This document shows, one piece after another, positions 8,980 through 18,836 of a stretch of 64,000 nt of DNA (within the stretch, counting starts at the first letter, position 1; each line of letters opens with the position of its first letter). A program made the translations under genes and the position numbers. The notes beneath the pieces were generated by a model that worked only from the letters and a program-made list of their open reading frames with translations, was not told where the DNA came from and did no database searches. This DNA comes from Candidatus Magasanikbacteria bacterium CG10_big_fil_rev_8_21_14_0_10_36_32 (lineage in GTDB: Bacteria > Patescibacteriota > Patescibacteriia > Magasanikbacterales > GWA2-37-8): NCBI GenBank assembly GCA_002778465.1, contig PFBV01000001.1, forward strand, positions 4,150 through 68,149. Reading direction: 5' to 3'.

Positions 8980-10854
8980 TTAGTCTAAAGACAGCAGAGA
9001 ATTGGGGTTGGGATCAACCTTCCAATCATCTGGCAAATTTTTAATGATTAATTTAACATTTTTTTTATATTGTTCATAGCCAATTTTTATTAGAATAATT
9101 CTCCAATATTGGCGGCGAAAAAAGCGAGGGGTGGATTCTAAAGAACAGCTTATTTTAATTTGATTTTGGTCTTTAGTCAAGTGTTGTAATAAAGAAAGAA
9201 CTTTTTGTCCAGCTGTTGCTGCTGCCGTTTCCGAAGTGTTGCCGTAAAATATTTTTAGTAAAAAATTATATGGCGGATATTTAAACAGTCGGCGTTCTTT
9301 AAGTTGTTCTTGATAAAATTTTTCAGGTTGATACAAAGCTTGAAAAACTGGATGCTCAGGATAGTTTGTTTGGATATATATTTTACTGTCTGCCGGCAGG
9401 CGATACTCGGCTGTGCGTAATCCTTGCCAAAGATATTCAGGCGCTTTATATTCAGGGACAATTAACGACATATCAGCGTCTAGAATGGCCATTAGTTTTA
9501 TTTGTGACCAATCAATCCGACCCCAAGCGTATTCTGTGCCAACAATAATTTTTTGTTGTTTATTATTATATAATTCATTCGGTGTTTCCGACGCGCTGTC
9601 TATCCGCATAATTTTAAATTTTTTCAAGTCAATATTTTTTTTCAACGCAGTTTCAATACCCGCCGTGCCCGTCCCCATATGTACCAAAGTGACATTGTCG
9701 CATTTGTCGCAACGCTCAGGCATTTTTTGCGTAGTTCGGCAATAATGACATCGTATTGTTTCTTCGTTTTTATAGTAAGTGAGCGGGCGTTGACATTGAA
9801 CACATTTAAAAACAAAACCGCAGTCTCGGCAAAAAACAAATCCGGCATCGCCACGTCTATTAATAAATAAGAAAATGTCGCCGTCAATGGTGTTTTTTAT
9901 GTCATTAAGCAAATCATCATTCAATAATTCATAATTTCCTCCGCGGCGTTCTTGTTTAATATCTATCAGTCTAAATCGGCGACGGAAAGGTTTGATTTCT
10001 AATTTATCTGATTTATAAACTTTTTTGTCGGCGAAATAGTAAGTTTCTACTGAAGGCGTATGTGTTAAAAAATGTACTTGAGCTGTTTGCCATTTAGCCA
10101 ACATGATAACCGCATCACGAGTATGAAATCGAGGAGCCATGTCCCAACTTTTATAATCCGGATTACCTTCATCGTCTAAAAAAATGCTGGTTAAGTTGGT
10201 CCAAGGTAAAAATAACGCCCGACGAGTACCCAAAACTATGGCCTTTGGATTGTTTCTTATGTTTAACCAAAGTTCAAACATTTCTTTGTCGCTCATTTCA
10301 CTGGTTACCACGAAACATTTTTTCTGTATTTCTGCGGGTAAATCACCGATTAATTCGCGTAGTTGTTTTATTTCAGGAACTAATATTAAGGTTTGGCCAA
10401 TTTTTTCTATATTATTTTTTAAATAATCTTTTTTTTCGTTAATGGTGGAATAGATAAAAATTTTTGGCCGATCGAATTTTTGTTTAATTTTATTTTTTAT
10501 TTTTTCTATGGAAATTTTTGTAATTTTTCTTTTTTGCAATGGTAGCAGGTTGGATTTAAGAAGAAAATTTAGAGGAGTTCGGTAAAACACGGACAATTCT
10601 TCCAAAAAACCGAGTTGAGCTTCTGTTAAAATTTGTTCTGCAAAAACAATTTCTTGAATTTTTTTTAGTTTTGTTATTGTGGTTGATGAAGTTTGGTTGA
10701 TGGAGGTTATAACGCCAAATTCAACACTGTTTCTAAACGGCATTTTAACCAATTGTCCAATTTTAATTTGATCGGCAATTTCTTTGTCGGCAGTATAATC
10801 AAAAATATTTCTAGACAATGGTAGCCTTTTAATTGGCGCGATCTGAACCAGCAT
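8980..10854 (-). CDS. priA: Primosomal protein N' with degenerate helicase motifs
   Basis: N-terminal FDY..GQLV.MPF 3'-DNA-binding domain, LILVPEI, four CxxC zinc motifs after FINRRG, IQT, YPPY. Confidence 0.9.
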   Translation of the reverse strand: MLVQIAPIKRLPLSRNIFDYTADKEIADQIKIGQLVKMPFRNSVEFGVITSINQTSSTTITKLKKIQEIVFAEQILTEAQLGFLEELSVFYRTPLNFLLKSNLLPLQKRKITKISIEKIKNKIKQKFDRPKIFIYSTINEKKDYLKNNIEKIGQTLILVPEIKQLRELIGDLPAEIQKKCFVVTSEMSDKEMFELWLNIRNNPKAIVLGTRRALFLPWTNLTSIFLDDEGNPDYKSWDMAPRFHTRDAVIMLAKWQTAQVHFLTHTPSVETYYFADKKVYKSDKLEIKPFRRRFRLIDIKQERRGGNYELLNDDLLNDIKNTIDGDIFLFINRRGDAGFVFCRDCGFVFKCVQCQRPLTYYKNEETIRCHYCRTTQKMPERCDKCDNVTLVHMGTGTAGIETALKKNIDLKKFKIMRIDSASETPNELYNNKQQKIIVGTEYAWGRIDWSQIKLMAILDADMSLIVPEYKAPEYLWQGLRTAEYRLPADSKIYIQTNYPEHPVFQALYQPEKFYQEQLKERRLFKYPPYNFLLKIFYGNTSETAAATAGQKVLSLLQHLTKDQNQIKISCSLESTPRFFRRQYWRIILIKIGYEQYKKNVKLIIKNLPDDWKVDPNPNSLLSLD

Positions 10855-10857
10855 AGT

Positions 10858-11649
10858 TTAAAAAATAAATTCAGCTGTTAGATAACCGACACCAAAGGGG
10901 GCTTCATAAGCCAATTTTTTGTAAGTGTATTTTTTGTTTTGCAAAACACCCATTAACATCAAAATTGATCTTAATCCGCATTCGGCGGCGTCAGCCACCA
11001 ATTGATTGTCCATTTGTATCATACCTGCGGCATTACCCGCTTCAAGCAGTTCCTGTATTTTTTTATCAAATTTCTCTCCATTTGGATTAAATCCGGCCGG
11101 AGCATCGGTGGTTAATGCATGTGACATATCTCCTGAAGCGATAATGGCTATGCGCTGATTACTATTTTCAATCTGATCTTTTAATAAGACGCCAAAATCC
11201 AAATGGTTTTTCCAGCTTAAATTACAAAAACCGAGCTGTAGAACATGAATTTTTGGCAAATGTTTAGTTAAATAAAAAAGTGGCACAACTGAACCGTGGT
11301 CTAACACTTTTTCGCTAATCATAACTGCCGGAAAATGATTATTTTTTGTTGATGTTCTGATGTGATATGCTAAAGACATGTCACCTTTAAAAATTAATTT
11401 TGTTGACAAATCGCCAAATTCTCGCAAATCAGTGGTATATTCCGGACAATTATTAATTGTGAACGCATCACTGAAAAGACTGCCGTGCGGAGAAATGATT
11501 ATAATAACATCCGGATGAGTGGCATAAAGAGCCTCTTCTAATTCTTCCATCGCTTTTTTTGTTTTATCAATTTTTTTTAAAGCAGTTTTTCCAATGGTTG
11601 GAATTAAAATTGGGGGATGTGGAGTAATGGCGGCAAAAACTAACGACAT
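10858..11649 (-). CDS. MEMO/LigB-like (class III extradiol dioxygenase-fold) protein
   Basis: PHPP, ISPH, LDHG, ASGDMSH, ECG, YEAPFGVGY. Confidence 0.85.
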   Translation of the reverse strand: MSLVFAAITPHPPILIPTIGKTALKKIDKTKKAMEELEEALYATHPDVIIIISPHGSLFSDAFTINNCPEYTTDLREFGDLSTKLIFKGDMSLAYHIRTSTKNNHFPAVMISEKVLDHGSVVPLFYLTKHLPKIHVLQLGFCNLSWKNHLDFGVLLKDQIENSNQRIAIIASGDMSHALTTDAPAGFNPNGEKFDKKIQELLEAGNAAGMIQMDNQLVADAAECGLRSILMLMGVLQNKKYTYKKLAYEAPFGVGYLTAEFIF

Positions 11650-11654
11650 AATGT

Positions 11655-13877
11655 TTAATTATTGATTGAAAGTTTTGTTTGTTCAGAAATTAACCAATTG
11701 GCCAATCGGTGCGGTTCGCTAAATCTTTGGGCGAAATTATTGTTGCCCAGAGTAATAATAACTTTTTGCGCTTTGGTAGTTTTGTCTTCAATTAAAATAG
11801 CCATTACTGTGCCGGCTTCATTGGTATAACCGCTGTTGCTGGCAAGAATTCTATATTTTTTTGTTGAGTCAAGCATTAGCTTGTTAACATTACTGATTGT
11901 ATGTGTGACTGTTTTGTTTTTGCTGAGTAATTCACGAAAAGTATAAGTTGTATTTGATATTGTATCCTTTATTGTGGAATTGGCAACAACCTTAATAAAA
12001 ATTTTTAACATATCGCGTGCTGTAGACACATTGTCTTTGCTTAAGCCGGTAACATCCTTTATTTGACTGTTATCAGCACCCCAATCGTCTAATCGTTTGT
12101 TGATGTTGGATATTAGGTTTTTTTCACTTAGGCCACTGGCTTGAGCAATCATTCGTGACGCGTTATTGACCGAACCGATCAACATTGAACTGAGCAAGTC
12201 AATGTTTTTTATTTTTTCACCGTTGATTAATCCGAGAGGATTTCCAGAACTGGCGTAAGAGCTGCTTTGGTAAGTTGTGGATTTACTCAAATCTAAATTT
12301 TGTTGAAGTGATTCATAAGCAACTAATAATTTTGTCAGAGATGCTATGGGACGTTTTTTATCAATATTTTTTCCGCTGATAATTTTTCCGCTTGGATATT
12401 CGGCTACTAAGTAAGCATCTATTTTTGTAGCGAATAAATCGTCCACCGGCCCCTCATTATCTCCCAAAAATTTGTTTTGTGAAGATGCTAAAGCGTTATT
12501 AACATAAATTGGCTCTCCTTCCGGAATGTTCAATGATGTCAGTAAAGTTACGGTAATAACATTTTCTAATTTGTAGCCCATAGCTGAAAAAGTTTCGGAA
12601 TCGGTAATATTTCTTTTTTTACCTTTGTCTATCACATACAATTTATTATTATCTTTTATTTTTAAGAGTGTGCCGTCTGCAAAATTAATTGGCATATTAG
12701 CTGTTTCAAATTTTGCCAAATCTTTGATTTGATGTTTTTCCACTGACAAATTTTTATATGGATTTATTTTTAAAATAGCGTTATCGGTAATAGGATAAAG
12801 TTTGCTGTCTTTAAGAAGGTAATAAGCGTTATTTAAATCGGTAATTTGATAAATAACACCTTGAGGTGCAACCGTGGTGGCGTTAATTTCAGCTCCGATG
12901 GCATAGCCAGCAATATCTTGTTCATAGATATTAATAATTTCTTGAGGATTATATCCTAATTGTCTAATTGTTTCATCAGATGCGAATGGACGCAAAGTAT
13001 CGTAGTCAACAAGATAAGTTTTAGTCGGTGTTTTAAGTAAGGAATAGTTGGCAAAATTTATATCTGAACCGTCAGGATAGTTTGTTAAATCTATGTCTGG
13101 AATTATTACCGCCAATTTTGGGTCGCTTCGAGACATTAAGATAGAATTATTTTTAATTTTTCTTTTTGTTCCATTTTGGACAACCCAATACTCGCTGCTG
13201 GAAGCTGATTGTAAAAGTGTACCGTTTGGATATAGTTGGCTGAACCAGCTTTGCCAAATTTTCCAAAAATTTTTATTACCTTGGAGATGTGGTGTGTAAG
13301 TATAGAGAAAAGCTGTTGCCCAGCTTTGAGGGGTAACTTCTTGGCTGTCTATCAGTATTGATTGATTTTTTTGTTTAATAAAACTGGATTGATTTTTATT
13401 GTCATAATACCAGCGGATAATTCCAGCTGCGCCGTCAACTTGTTTTCCAAAACCTTTATTTTTAACAACCCGCGGATCGCTTAAATTACATCCGTCGCAA
13501 ACGGCATAACCGGTTGCCCAATCTAACTGTCTGGCGGTAGGGGAGTCGTCGGTAATTAAACTTTGTTCTTTTTGTAAAGTCACCAATAAAAATTTTTGGC
13601 TGATTTGATTATTAACCGCTGCTTCATAAATTATGTCGGCTGCCGATTTTAACATCCCGCTAGCGTCGACAGTTTGGTAATTTCGCAAATAACTTCCGCG
13701 GCTGTCTAAAAACTGTTGAACGCCGTCTCTTGTTAGAGCGTTGCAGTTTTGAATTTCTTCATCAGAAATGATGTAATGAGGATTAAAATCTGTGGCTGCA
13801 ACGGTAATTGCCGGCACTCCTATTAATAAAATAATCAAAGCGGAAAAATAAAATTTTATTGTTTTTTTGTGTGACAT
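11655..13877 (-). CDS. Secreted multidomain protein with C-terminal peptidase S11 (DD-carboxypeptidase-like) domain
   Basis: Signal peptide; LQKEQSL N-terminal domain; repeated PxGTLL modules; PIASLTK (SxxK), SVN (SxN), DVTGL. Confidence 0.75.
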   Translation of the reverse strand: MSHKKTIKFYFSALIILLIGVPAITVAATDFNPHYIISDEEIQNCNALTRDGVQQFLDSRGSYLRNYQTVDASGMLKSAADIIYEAAVNNQISQKFLLVTLQKEQSLITDDSPTARQLDWATGYAVCDGCNLSDPRVVKNKGFGKQVDGAAGIIRWYYDNKNQSSFIKQKNQSILIDSQEVTPQSWATAFLYTYTPHLQGNKNFWKIWQSWFSQLYPNGTLLQSASSSEYWVVQNGTKRKIKNNSILMSRSDPKLAVIIPDIDLTNYPDGSDINFANYSLLKTPTKTYLVDYDTLRPFASDETIRQLGYNPQEIINIYEQDIAGYAIGAEINATTVAPQGVIYQITDLNNAYYLLKDSKLYPITDNAILKINPYKNLSVEKHQIKDLAKFETANMPINFADGTLLKIKDNNKLYVIDKGKKRNITDSETFSAMGYKLENVITVTLLTSLNIPEGEPIYVNNALASSQNKFLGDNEGPVDDLFATKIDAYLVAEYPSGKIISGKNIDKKRPIASLTKLLVAYESLQQNLDLSKSTTYQSSSYASSGNPLGLINGEKIKNIDLLSSMLIGSVNNASRMIAQASGLSEKNLISNINKRLDDWGADNSQIKDVTGLSKDNVSTARDMLKIFIKVVANSTIKDTISNTTYTFRELLSKNKTVTHTISNVNKLMLDSTKKYRILASNSGYTNEAGTVMAILIEDKTTKAQKVIITLGNNNFAQRFSEPHRLANWLISEQTKLSINN

Positions 13878-14003
13878 ATCAACATTTTTGGTCAAAAATT
13901 ATGTTTTTTTATCTTCCATATTATATCATGAAAAGATTACATAAAACAACCCTCTAAAAATATGTTAATTTAGCTGTTTAAATTAGTTAAATTGTTTATT
14001 TGT

Positions 14004-14038
14004 AAAAACACCAAGGATAAATACCCTTGGTGTTTTTT
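14004..14038 (-). terminator. Intrinsic terminator after clpB
   Basis: AAAAACACCAAGG/CCTTGGTGTTTTT inverted repeat. Confidence 0.8.
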
Positions 14039-14062
14039 GTGGATGCAATTTATAAGCCATGG

Positions 14063-16696
14063 TTAGCTGATTTTGATTTCTCCCTTACCCATTGTAATTT
14101 TAGCTTTTTGTCCGTCGGTTATTTTACCCTCAATAATCATCAGGGATAATTTATCTAGCAATTCAGTTTGGATGACTCGTTTGAGTGGGCGGGCGCCAAA
14201 AGTGGGATCATATCCCTCTTTGGCGATATGTTTGCGGACAGCTTCATCAATATCCAATGTAATTTTTCTTTCAGTTAATCTGTTTTGAACTTGTATTAAC
14301 TGTAGATCAACAATTTTTTCAATTTGTTTTTCTGTCAATGAATGGAAGATTATTGTTTCGTCTAAACGATTTAAGAATTCCGGACGGAAATGGTTGTGTA
14401 ATTCTTCCAATATTTTTTCTTTGATCTTATCTTCTTGATTTTTTATTTTTTTATTTCCGTCGCCAAATCCCAATTCGGCGCCACGTTTTAAATTAAGAAT
14501 CATTTGACTGCCGATGTTGCTGGTCATAATTATGACGGTATTTTTGAAATTGACTTGTCTTCCTTTTGCATCAGTCACTCGTCCATCATCTAAAATTTGC
14601 AACATAATATTAAACACATCAGGATGGGCTTTTTCAATTTCATCAAATAAAATTACGGCATACGGCCGGCGACGGATGATCTCTGTCAATTGACCGCCTT
14701 CTTCATAGCCGACATAACCTGGCGGCGAGCCAATAATTTTAGAGACACTGTGTTTTTCCATATATTCACTCATATCTACTCTAACTAATGCGTCTTCCGT
14801 ATCAAACATAAATTCAGCTAAGGATTTGGCTAATTCGGTTTTGCCAACACCTGTTGGTCCAAGAAATATGAACGATCCGATTGGTCTATTAGGTTCAGAA
14901 ATCCCGGCTCTTGCTCGGCGAATAGCATTGGAAATCGATTTGATAGCTTCATCTTGTCCAATTACTCGTTTGGTTAATTCTTCTTCCATATTCGCCAGTT
15001 TATGAGATTCGCTTTCCAGCATTTTAGAAACAGGGATGCCTGTCCAGCGGGAAACTACTGTAGCAATATCAGTTTCAGAAATTTCTTCTTTTAAAATGCC
15101 GCGTTTTTTTTGCAAATCAGCTAATTTGTGTTCATCTTTTTTAATTTTGTTTTCCAATTCCGTAATTTTACCATAACGAATCTCAGCGACTTTTTGCAAA
15201 TCACCCTTACGTTCTTCAATCTCGGCTTGTTGTTTTGACTGATCAATTTCTTTTTTACTGTCATGAATGCGTGTAATAATATCTTTTTCATTTTTCCATT
15301 TAGCTTCTAACTGAGAGCTGTTTTCTTTTAAATTGGACAAATCTTTTTCTAATTTGGACAATTGTTCTTTAGCATCTTCATTTTTTTCATTTTGTAAGGC
15401 TCTTTTTTCAATTTCTAATTTAATCATTTTTCGTTTCATTTTATCCAGTTCTTCAGGCATAGATTCAATTTCTAAACGCAAAGCTGAAGCAGCTTCATCT
15501 ATCAAATCGATGGCTTTATCTGGTAAAAATCGATCGGTAATATAACGTTCCGATAATTTTACTGCAGCCGTAATAGCTGCGTCGGCAATTCTAACGCCGT
15601 GGTGAACTTCATATTTTTCTTTAATTCCACGCAAGATGGCGATAGTGTCATCTTCGGTCGGTTCATTAACCATAACCGGCTGAAAACGGCGTTCTAAAGC
15701 GGCATCTTTTTCAATGTGTTTTTGGTATTCTTTAATAGTGGTAGCGCCAATAGCATGCAATTCTCCACGCGCTAACATTGGTTTTAACATGTTGGCCGCG
15801 TCTACCGCGCCTTCAGAAGCTCCAGCACCGACAATGGTGTGTAATTCGTCTATAAAAAGAATTATTCTACCGGCGGCGGCGTTTACTTCTTTTAATACGG
15901 CTTTTAAACGATCTTCAAACTCGCCGCGAAACTTAGCTCCAGCTAAAAGCGAACCAATATCTAATCCGATTATTTCTTTGTTTTTTAAAGATTCAGGCAC
16001 ATCGCCGTTTACAATTCTTTGAGCTAAGCCTTCAACAATAGCGGTTTTTCCTGTGCCGGGTTCCCCAATTAAAACCGGATTGTTTTTTGTTCGGCGGGAA
16101 AGAATTTGCATGACTCTGCGAATTTCATCGTCGCGACCGATTACCGGATCAATTTTTTCTCCGCGCGCCAAATCAGTCAAATTTTTTCCATATTTTTCTA
16201 AAGCATTATATTTGCTTTCCGGTTCAGGAGAATCAACTTTTTGCGTACCGCGAATTCCGGCCAAAGTTTTTAAAACTAGGTCATAATTCGTATTATATTT
16301 TTTATTTATCAAATCACTGACAGGGTTGTTGCGGACTAAAAATGCCAACAATAAATGTTCCACACTGATGTATTCATCTCCCATTTTTTTTGCTTCTTGT
16401 CCGGCTGCTTGTAATATTGCCACTGTGCCAGGACCAAGTACAACTTGTCCGGGAGCGGGGGAGTTGAGAGTGGTTTGTTTTGGCAATTGTCCAACTATAT
16501 TTTGAATATCGTCTAACAAGTCGGTCAATTTCAAATTTAGCTTGTTAAATAAAGCTGAAACAATACCTTCTTCGTCTTGCAATAACGCCAAAAAAATATG
16601 TGGCGGTTCAACCTGTGGTTGACCATTTTGCATGGCGATTTGTGAAGCAATTTGTAATGCTTCTTGTGATTTATGCGTAAAATTTTGAGGATTCAT
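14063..16696 (-). CDS. clpB: ATP-dependent chaperone ClpB
   Basis: Two AAA+ domains ([16 protein letters not shown]), coiled-coil middle domain, GARPLKR. Confidence 0.97.
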   Translation of the reverse strand: MNPQNFTHKSQEALQIASQIAMQNGQPQVEPPHIFLALLQDEEGIVSALFNKLNLKLTDLLDDIQNIVGQLPKQTTLNSPAPGQVVLGPGTVAILQAAGQEAKKMGDEYISVEHLLLAFLVRNNPVSDLINKKYNTNYDLVLKTLAGIRGTQKVDSPEPESKYNALEKYGKNLTDLARGEKIDPVIGRDDEIRRVMQILSRRTKNNPVLIGEPGTGKTAIVEGLAQRIVNGDVPESLKNKEIIGLDIGSLLAGAKFRGEFEDRLKAVLKEVNAAAGRIILFIDELHTIVGAGASEGAVDAANMLKPMLARGELHAIGATTIKEYQKHIEKDAALERRFQPVMVNEPTEDDTIAILRGIKEKYEVHHGVRIADAAITAAVKLSERYITDRFLPDKAIDLIDEAASALRLEIESMPEELDKMKRKMIKLEIEKRALQNEKNEDAKEQLSKLEKDLSNLKENSSQLEAKWKNEKDIITRIHDSKKEIDQSKQQAEIEERKGDLQKVAEIRYGKITELENKIKKDEHKLADLQKKRGILKEEISETDIATVVSRWTGIPVSKMLESESHKLANMEEELTKRVIGQDEAIKSISNAIRRARAGISEPNRPIGSFIFLGPTGVGKTELAKSLAEFMFDTEDALVRVDMSEYMEKHSVSKIIGSPPGYVGYEEGGQLTEIIRRRPYAVILFDEIEKAHPDVFNIMLQILDDGRVTDAKGRQVNFKNTVIIMTSNIGSQMILNLKRGAELGFGDGNKKIKNQEDKIKEKILEELHNHFRPEFLNRLDETIIFHSLTEKQIEKIVDLQLIQVQNRLTERKITLDIDEAVRKHIAKEGYDPTFGARPLKRVIQTELLDKLSLMIIEGKITDGQKAKITMGKGEIKIS

Positions 16697-16712
16697 AATA
16701 TTAGAATAATAG

Positions 16713-16739
16713 TTATCACTCTATCGTTTAGAGTGATAA
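16713..16739. promoter_or_regulatory. CIRCE-like operator (HrcA site)
   Basis: TTATCACTC-N9-GAGTGATAA versus canonical TTAGCACTC-N9-GAGTGCTAA; lies between the promoter and the clpB start. Confidence 0.85.
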
Positions 16740-16740
16740 T

Positions 16741-16769
16741 ACTATATCAAAAGTTTAAAATAAAGTCAA
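16741..16769 (-). promoter_or_regulatory. Sigma70-type clpB promoter
   Basis: TTGACT-17 bp-TATAGT on the minus strand. Confidence 0.8.
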
Positions 16770-16812
16770 GACCCTTGTTCAAAAATAGCGATTATTTATG
16801 TTTAATTTAAAC

Positions 16813-16838
16813 AAAAATCCGCCCTGGTTAGGGCGGAT
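16813..16838 (-). terminator. Intrinsic terminator of the orphan operon
   Basis: ATCCGCCCT/AGGGCGGAT stem followed by a T run on the minus strand. Confidence 0.75.
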
Positions 16839-16858
16839 AGAAAACAAAATAAACAAGG

Positions 16859-17008
16859 TTAGTGTGATTTGCGCGATTGGCTGCGTGTCATTATCCAACA
16901 GAGTAGGTGTCCGACAAAATGAGGGGTTGTGGTAATGACAATTATGGCCGCGTGGATAAAAATTTTGCCGGAATTTTTATCGTAGCAAAAACTCTTCTTC
17001 AAAGTCAT
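16859..17008 (-). CDS. Possible 49-aa hydrophobic peptide
   Basis: Hand translation MTLKKSFCYDKNSGKIFIHAAIIVITTTPHFVGHLLCWIMTRSQSRKSH; fills the gap to the terminator; weak RBS. Confidence 0.3.
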   Translation of the reverse strand: MTLKKSFCYDKNSGKIFIHAAIIVITTTPHFVGHLLCWIMTRSQSRKSH

Positions 17009-17516
17009 TATCACAGAGATCTTCTTCTGTCAATCTTGTCAATATTTGAGTTTCTTTCTGCTTCAAATCTTTTAACCAATTTTCCATTTGGATTCGGTCT
17101 GTTTTAATCTTGGCTATCCAATCATCATCAGATTCTGTGTAGAAATCGTATTTGCCACAATGAAATTGACGCCATATTGCGGCGTTTTCCAGGGTTTGCA
17201 ACTGATGAATAATTTCTAAGCATTCATAAATTGCCTGTTGGCAGGAACCTATAAGTCCATTAGAACGGGAGATTGAAAATATTCCGTTTGGGTTGATATA
17301 CCAGCGCCAGTGCCAACGCGTGATTTGATTTTTCACGAGACGATAATCGTCTACCAGTTCGTACCACCAGGAATGATGATCATAAGTTGTTTTGGGAATT
17401 TTTTGCGATACGCACTGAAGTGAAAAATCTACCAGTTTGACGATTAGGAAAATAAACAGAAATGCCAATGAACAAACAGCCAAACCCAGCAACAAAGCGC
17501 TAGCCACGTTAGACAT
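16977..17516 (-). CDS. Membrane-anchored hypothetical protein
   Basis: N-terminal TM helix, AGGAG RBS. Confidence 0.7.
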   Translation of the reverse strand: MSNVASALLLGLAVCSLAFLFIFLIVKLVDFSLQCVSQKIPKTTYDHHSWWYELVDDYRLVKNQITRWHWRWYINPNGIFSISRSNGLIGSCQQAIYECLEIIHQLQTLENAAIWRQFHCGKYDFYTESDDDWIAKIKTDRIQMENWLKDLKQKETQILTRLTEEDLCDNDFEEEFLLR

Positions 17517-17546
17517 TTTAAACTTCTCCTTTTGTTGGTTTTTTAT

Positions 17547-17861
17547 TTAATGACAACAAGAGCCGTCATGGTGGTGATGTGTTTTAACTTTATCTTGATG
17601 ATGTTGATCGTGATGATCACAACAAGTGTCATGCGCATCATGGCTGCTTGGCCCATGGTGATTTATTTTTGGCATTTTTGTCAGCCATTGGCCACGATGT
17701 TTTGAACAAAGTTGAATACGAATTAGCGCTATAGTTCTAACTAGGTAGAATTTGGCGTATTCACACAAAAAAATAATGCAGGCAATGGAAAAACAAATAG
17801 TTCCTATGATATTCAACCAATCAAGAATAAAATCAATCCCGTCAGTTTGGGGAAATGTCAT
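17547..17861 (-). CDS. Membrane protein with His/Cys-rich tail
   Basis: TM helix followed by HHGPSSHDAHDTCCDHHDQHHQDKVKTHHHHDGSCCH. Confidence 0.7.
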   Translation of the reverse strand: MTFPQTDGIDFILDWLNIIGTICFSIACIIFLCEYAKFYLVRTIALIRIQLCSKHRGQWLTKMPKINHHGPSSHDAHDTCCDHHDQHHQDKVKTHHHHDGSCCH

Positions 17862-17938
17862 AGTTTCATTTCTTTCCGCTTTTTTATGATTTTTCGCAAA
17901 ATCAAAATTGCGACCGTGATGATTATTGCTGTTAGCAT
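17858..17938 (-). CDS. 26-aa single-TM peptide (not in ORF track)
   Basis: MLTAIIITVAILILRKIIKKRKEMKL; AAGGA RBS; ATGA overlap with the next gene. Confidence 0.55.
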   Translation of the reverse strand: MLTAIIITVAILILRKIIKKRKEMKL

Positions 17939-18060
17939 TTTATAATCCTTGTTTGTATTTTGTTGTAAAGAACGGTGTAAATTACATTTTGATAGTAGCA
18001 TTAAAATGTCCTTCAGTCAAGCTTGAAATTAAACTCCGAATAGGTTAATATATTCATATT

Positions 18061-18831
18061 ATGCCAGTTGTTTTAAATGTTCGAGTTGATAATTTAAGTT
18101 TGACGGAAGCGCGGGAAAAAGCCCGTGGTTTTTTGCATTCATCAAGTTCGCATACCATATTTACTCCTAATCCGGAAATGATTGTTAAAGCTCAAGCCGA
18201 TCAATACTTTAAGGATGTACTAAATAAAGGCAGTTTGAATTTATGTGACGGATTTGGGTTGCATATTGTTTCTGGCGCGCGGCGAATTGCGGGAGTTGAT
18301 TTTATGATGGAAATTTGTCAGATTTCAGCCGAAGAAAATAAGAGTATTTTTTTACTTGGTTCTTCCAGTGATGATATTGCCAAAAAAACGGCGGAAGAAT
18401 TGAAAACAATAAATCCATCATTGCGAATTGTCGGACATTTTCGTGGACCGGATATAAATGAAAATATTAAAATTTCCAAACAAAAGAATTGTGATAAGCG
18501 GTTAATTGTTGATGAAACGGAAAATGAGATAATAATACAACAAATCAATGAGAGTGGTGCTAAAGTAGTATTTGTTGCCTTTGGTATGGGTAAACAGGAA
18601 AAGTGGATTATGGAAAATTTGTCTAAAATGCCTCAAATTAAAATTGCTATGGGAGTTGGTGGTTCGTTTGATTATATTTCCGGAACCGTTAAGCGCGCTC
18701 CTTGCTGGATGCGTCGGATTGGTTTAGAATGGGGATATAGGTTTTTAACACAACCAAAAAGAGTTGGCAGAATATTTAACGCCACAATTAGATTTATATT
18801 TTTAGTTTTGGAAAATAATTTTAAATTTTGA
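18061..18831 (+). CDS. WecB/TagA/CpsF family glycosyltransferase
   Basis: TPNPE, CDGFG, RIAGVD, GMGKQE, GVGGSFD, RAP..MRRIGLEW. Confidence 0.93.
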   Translation: MPVVLNVRVDNLSLTEAREKARGFLHSSSSHTIFTPNPEMIVKAQADQYFKDVLNKGSLNLCDGFGLHIVSGARRIAGVDFMMEICQISAEENKSIFLLGSSSDDIAKKTAEELKTINPSLRIVGHFRGPDINENIKISKQKNCDKRLIVDETENEIIIQQINESGAKVVFVAFGMGKQEKWIMENLSKMPQIKIAMGVGGSFDYISGTVKRAPCWMRRIGLEWGYRFLTQPKRVGRIFNATIRFIFLVLENNFKF

Positions 18832-18836
18832 TTTTT

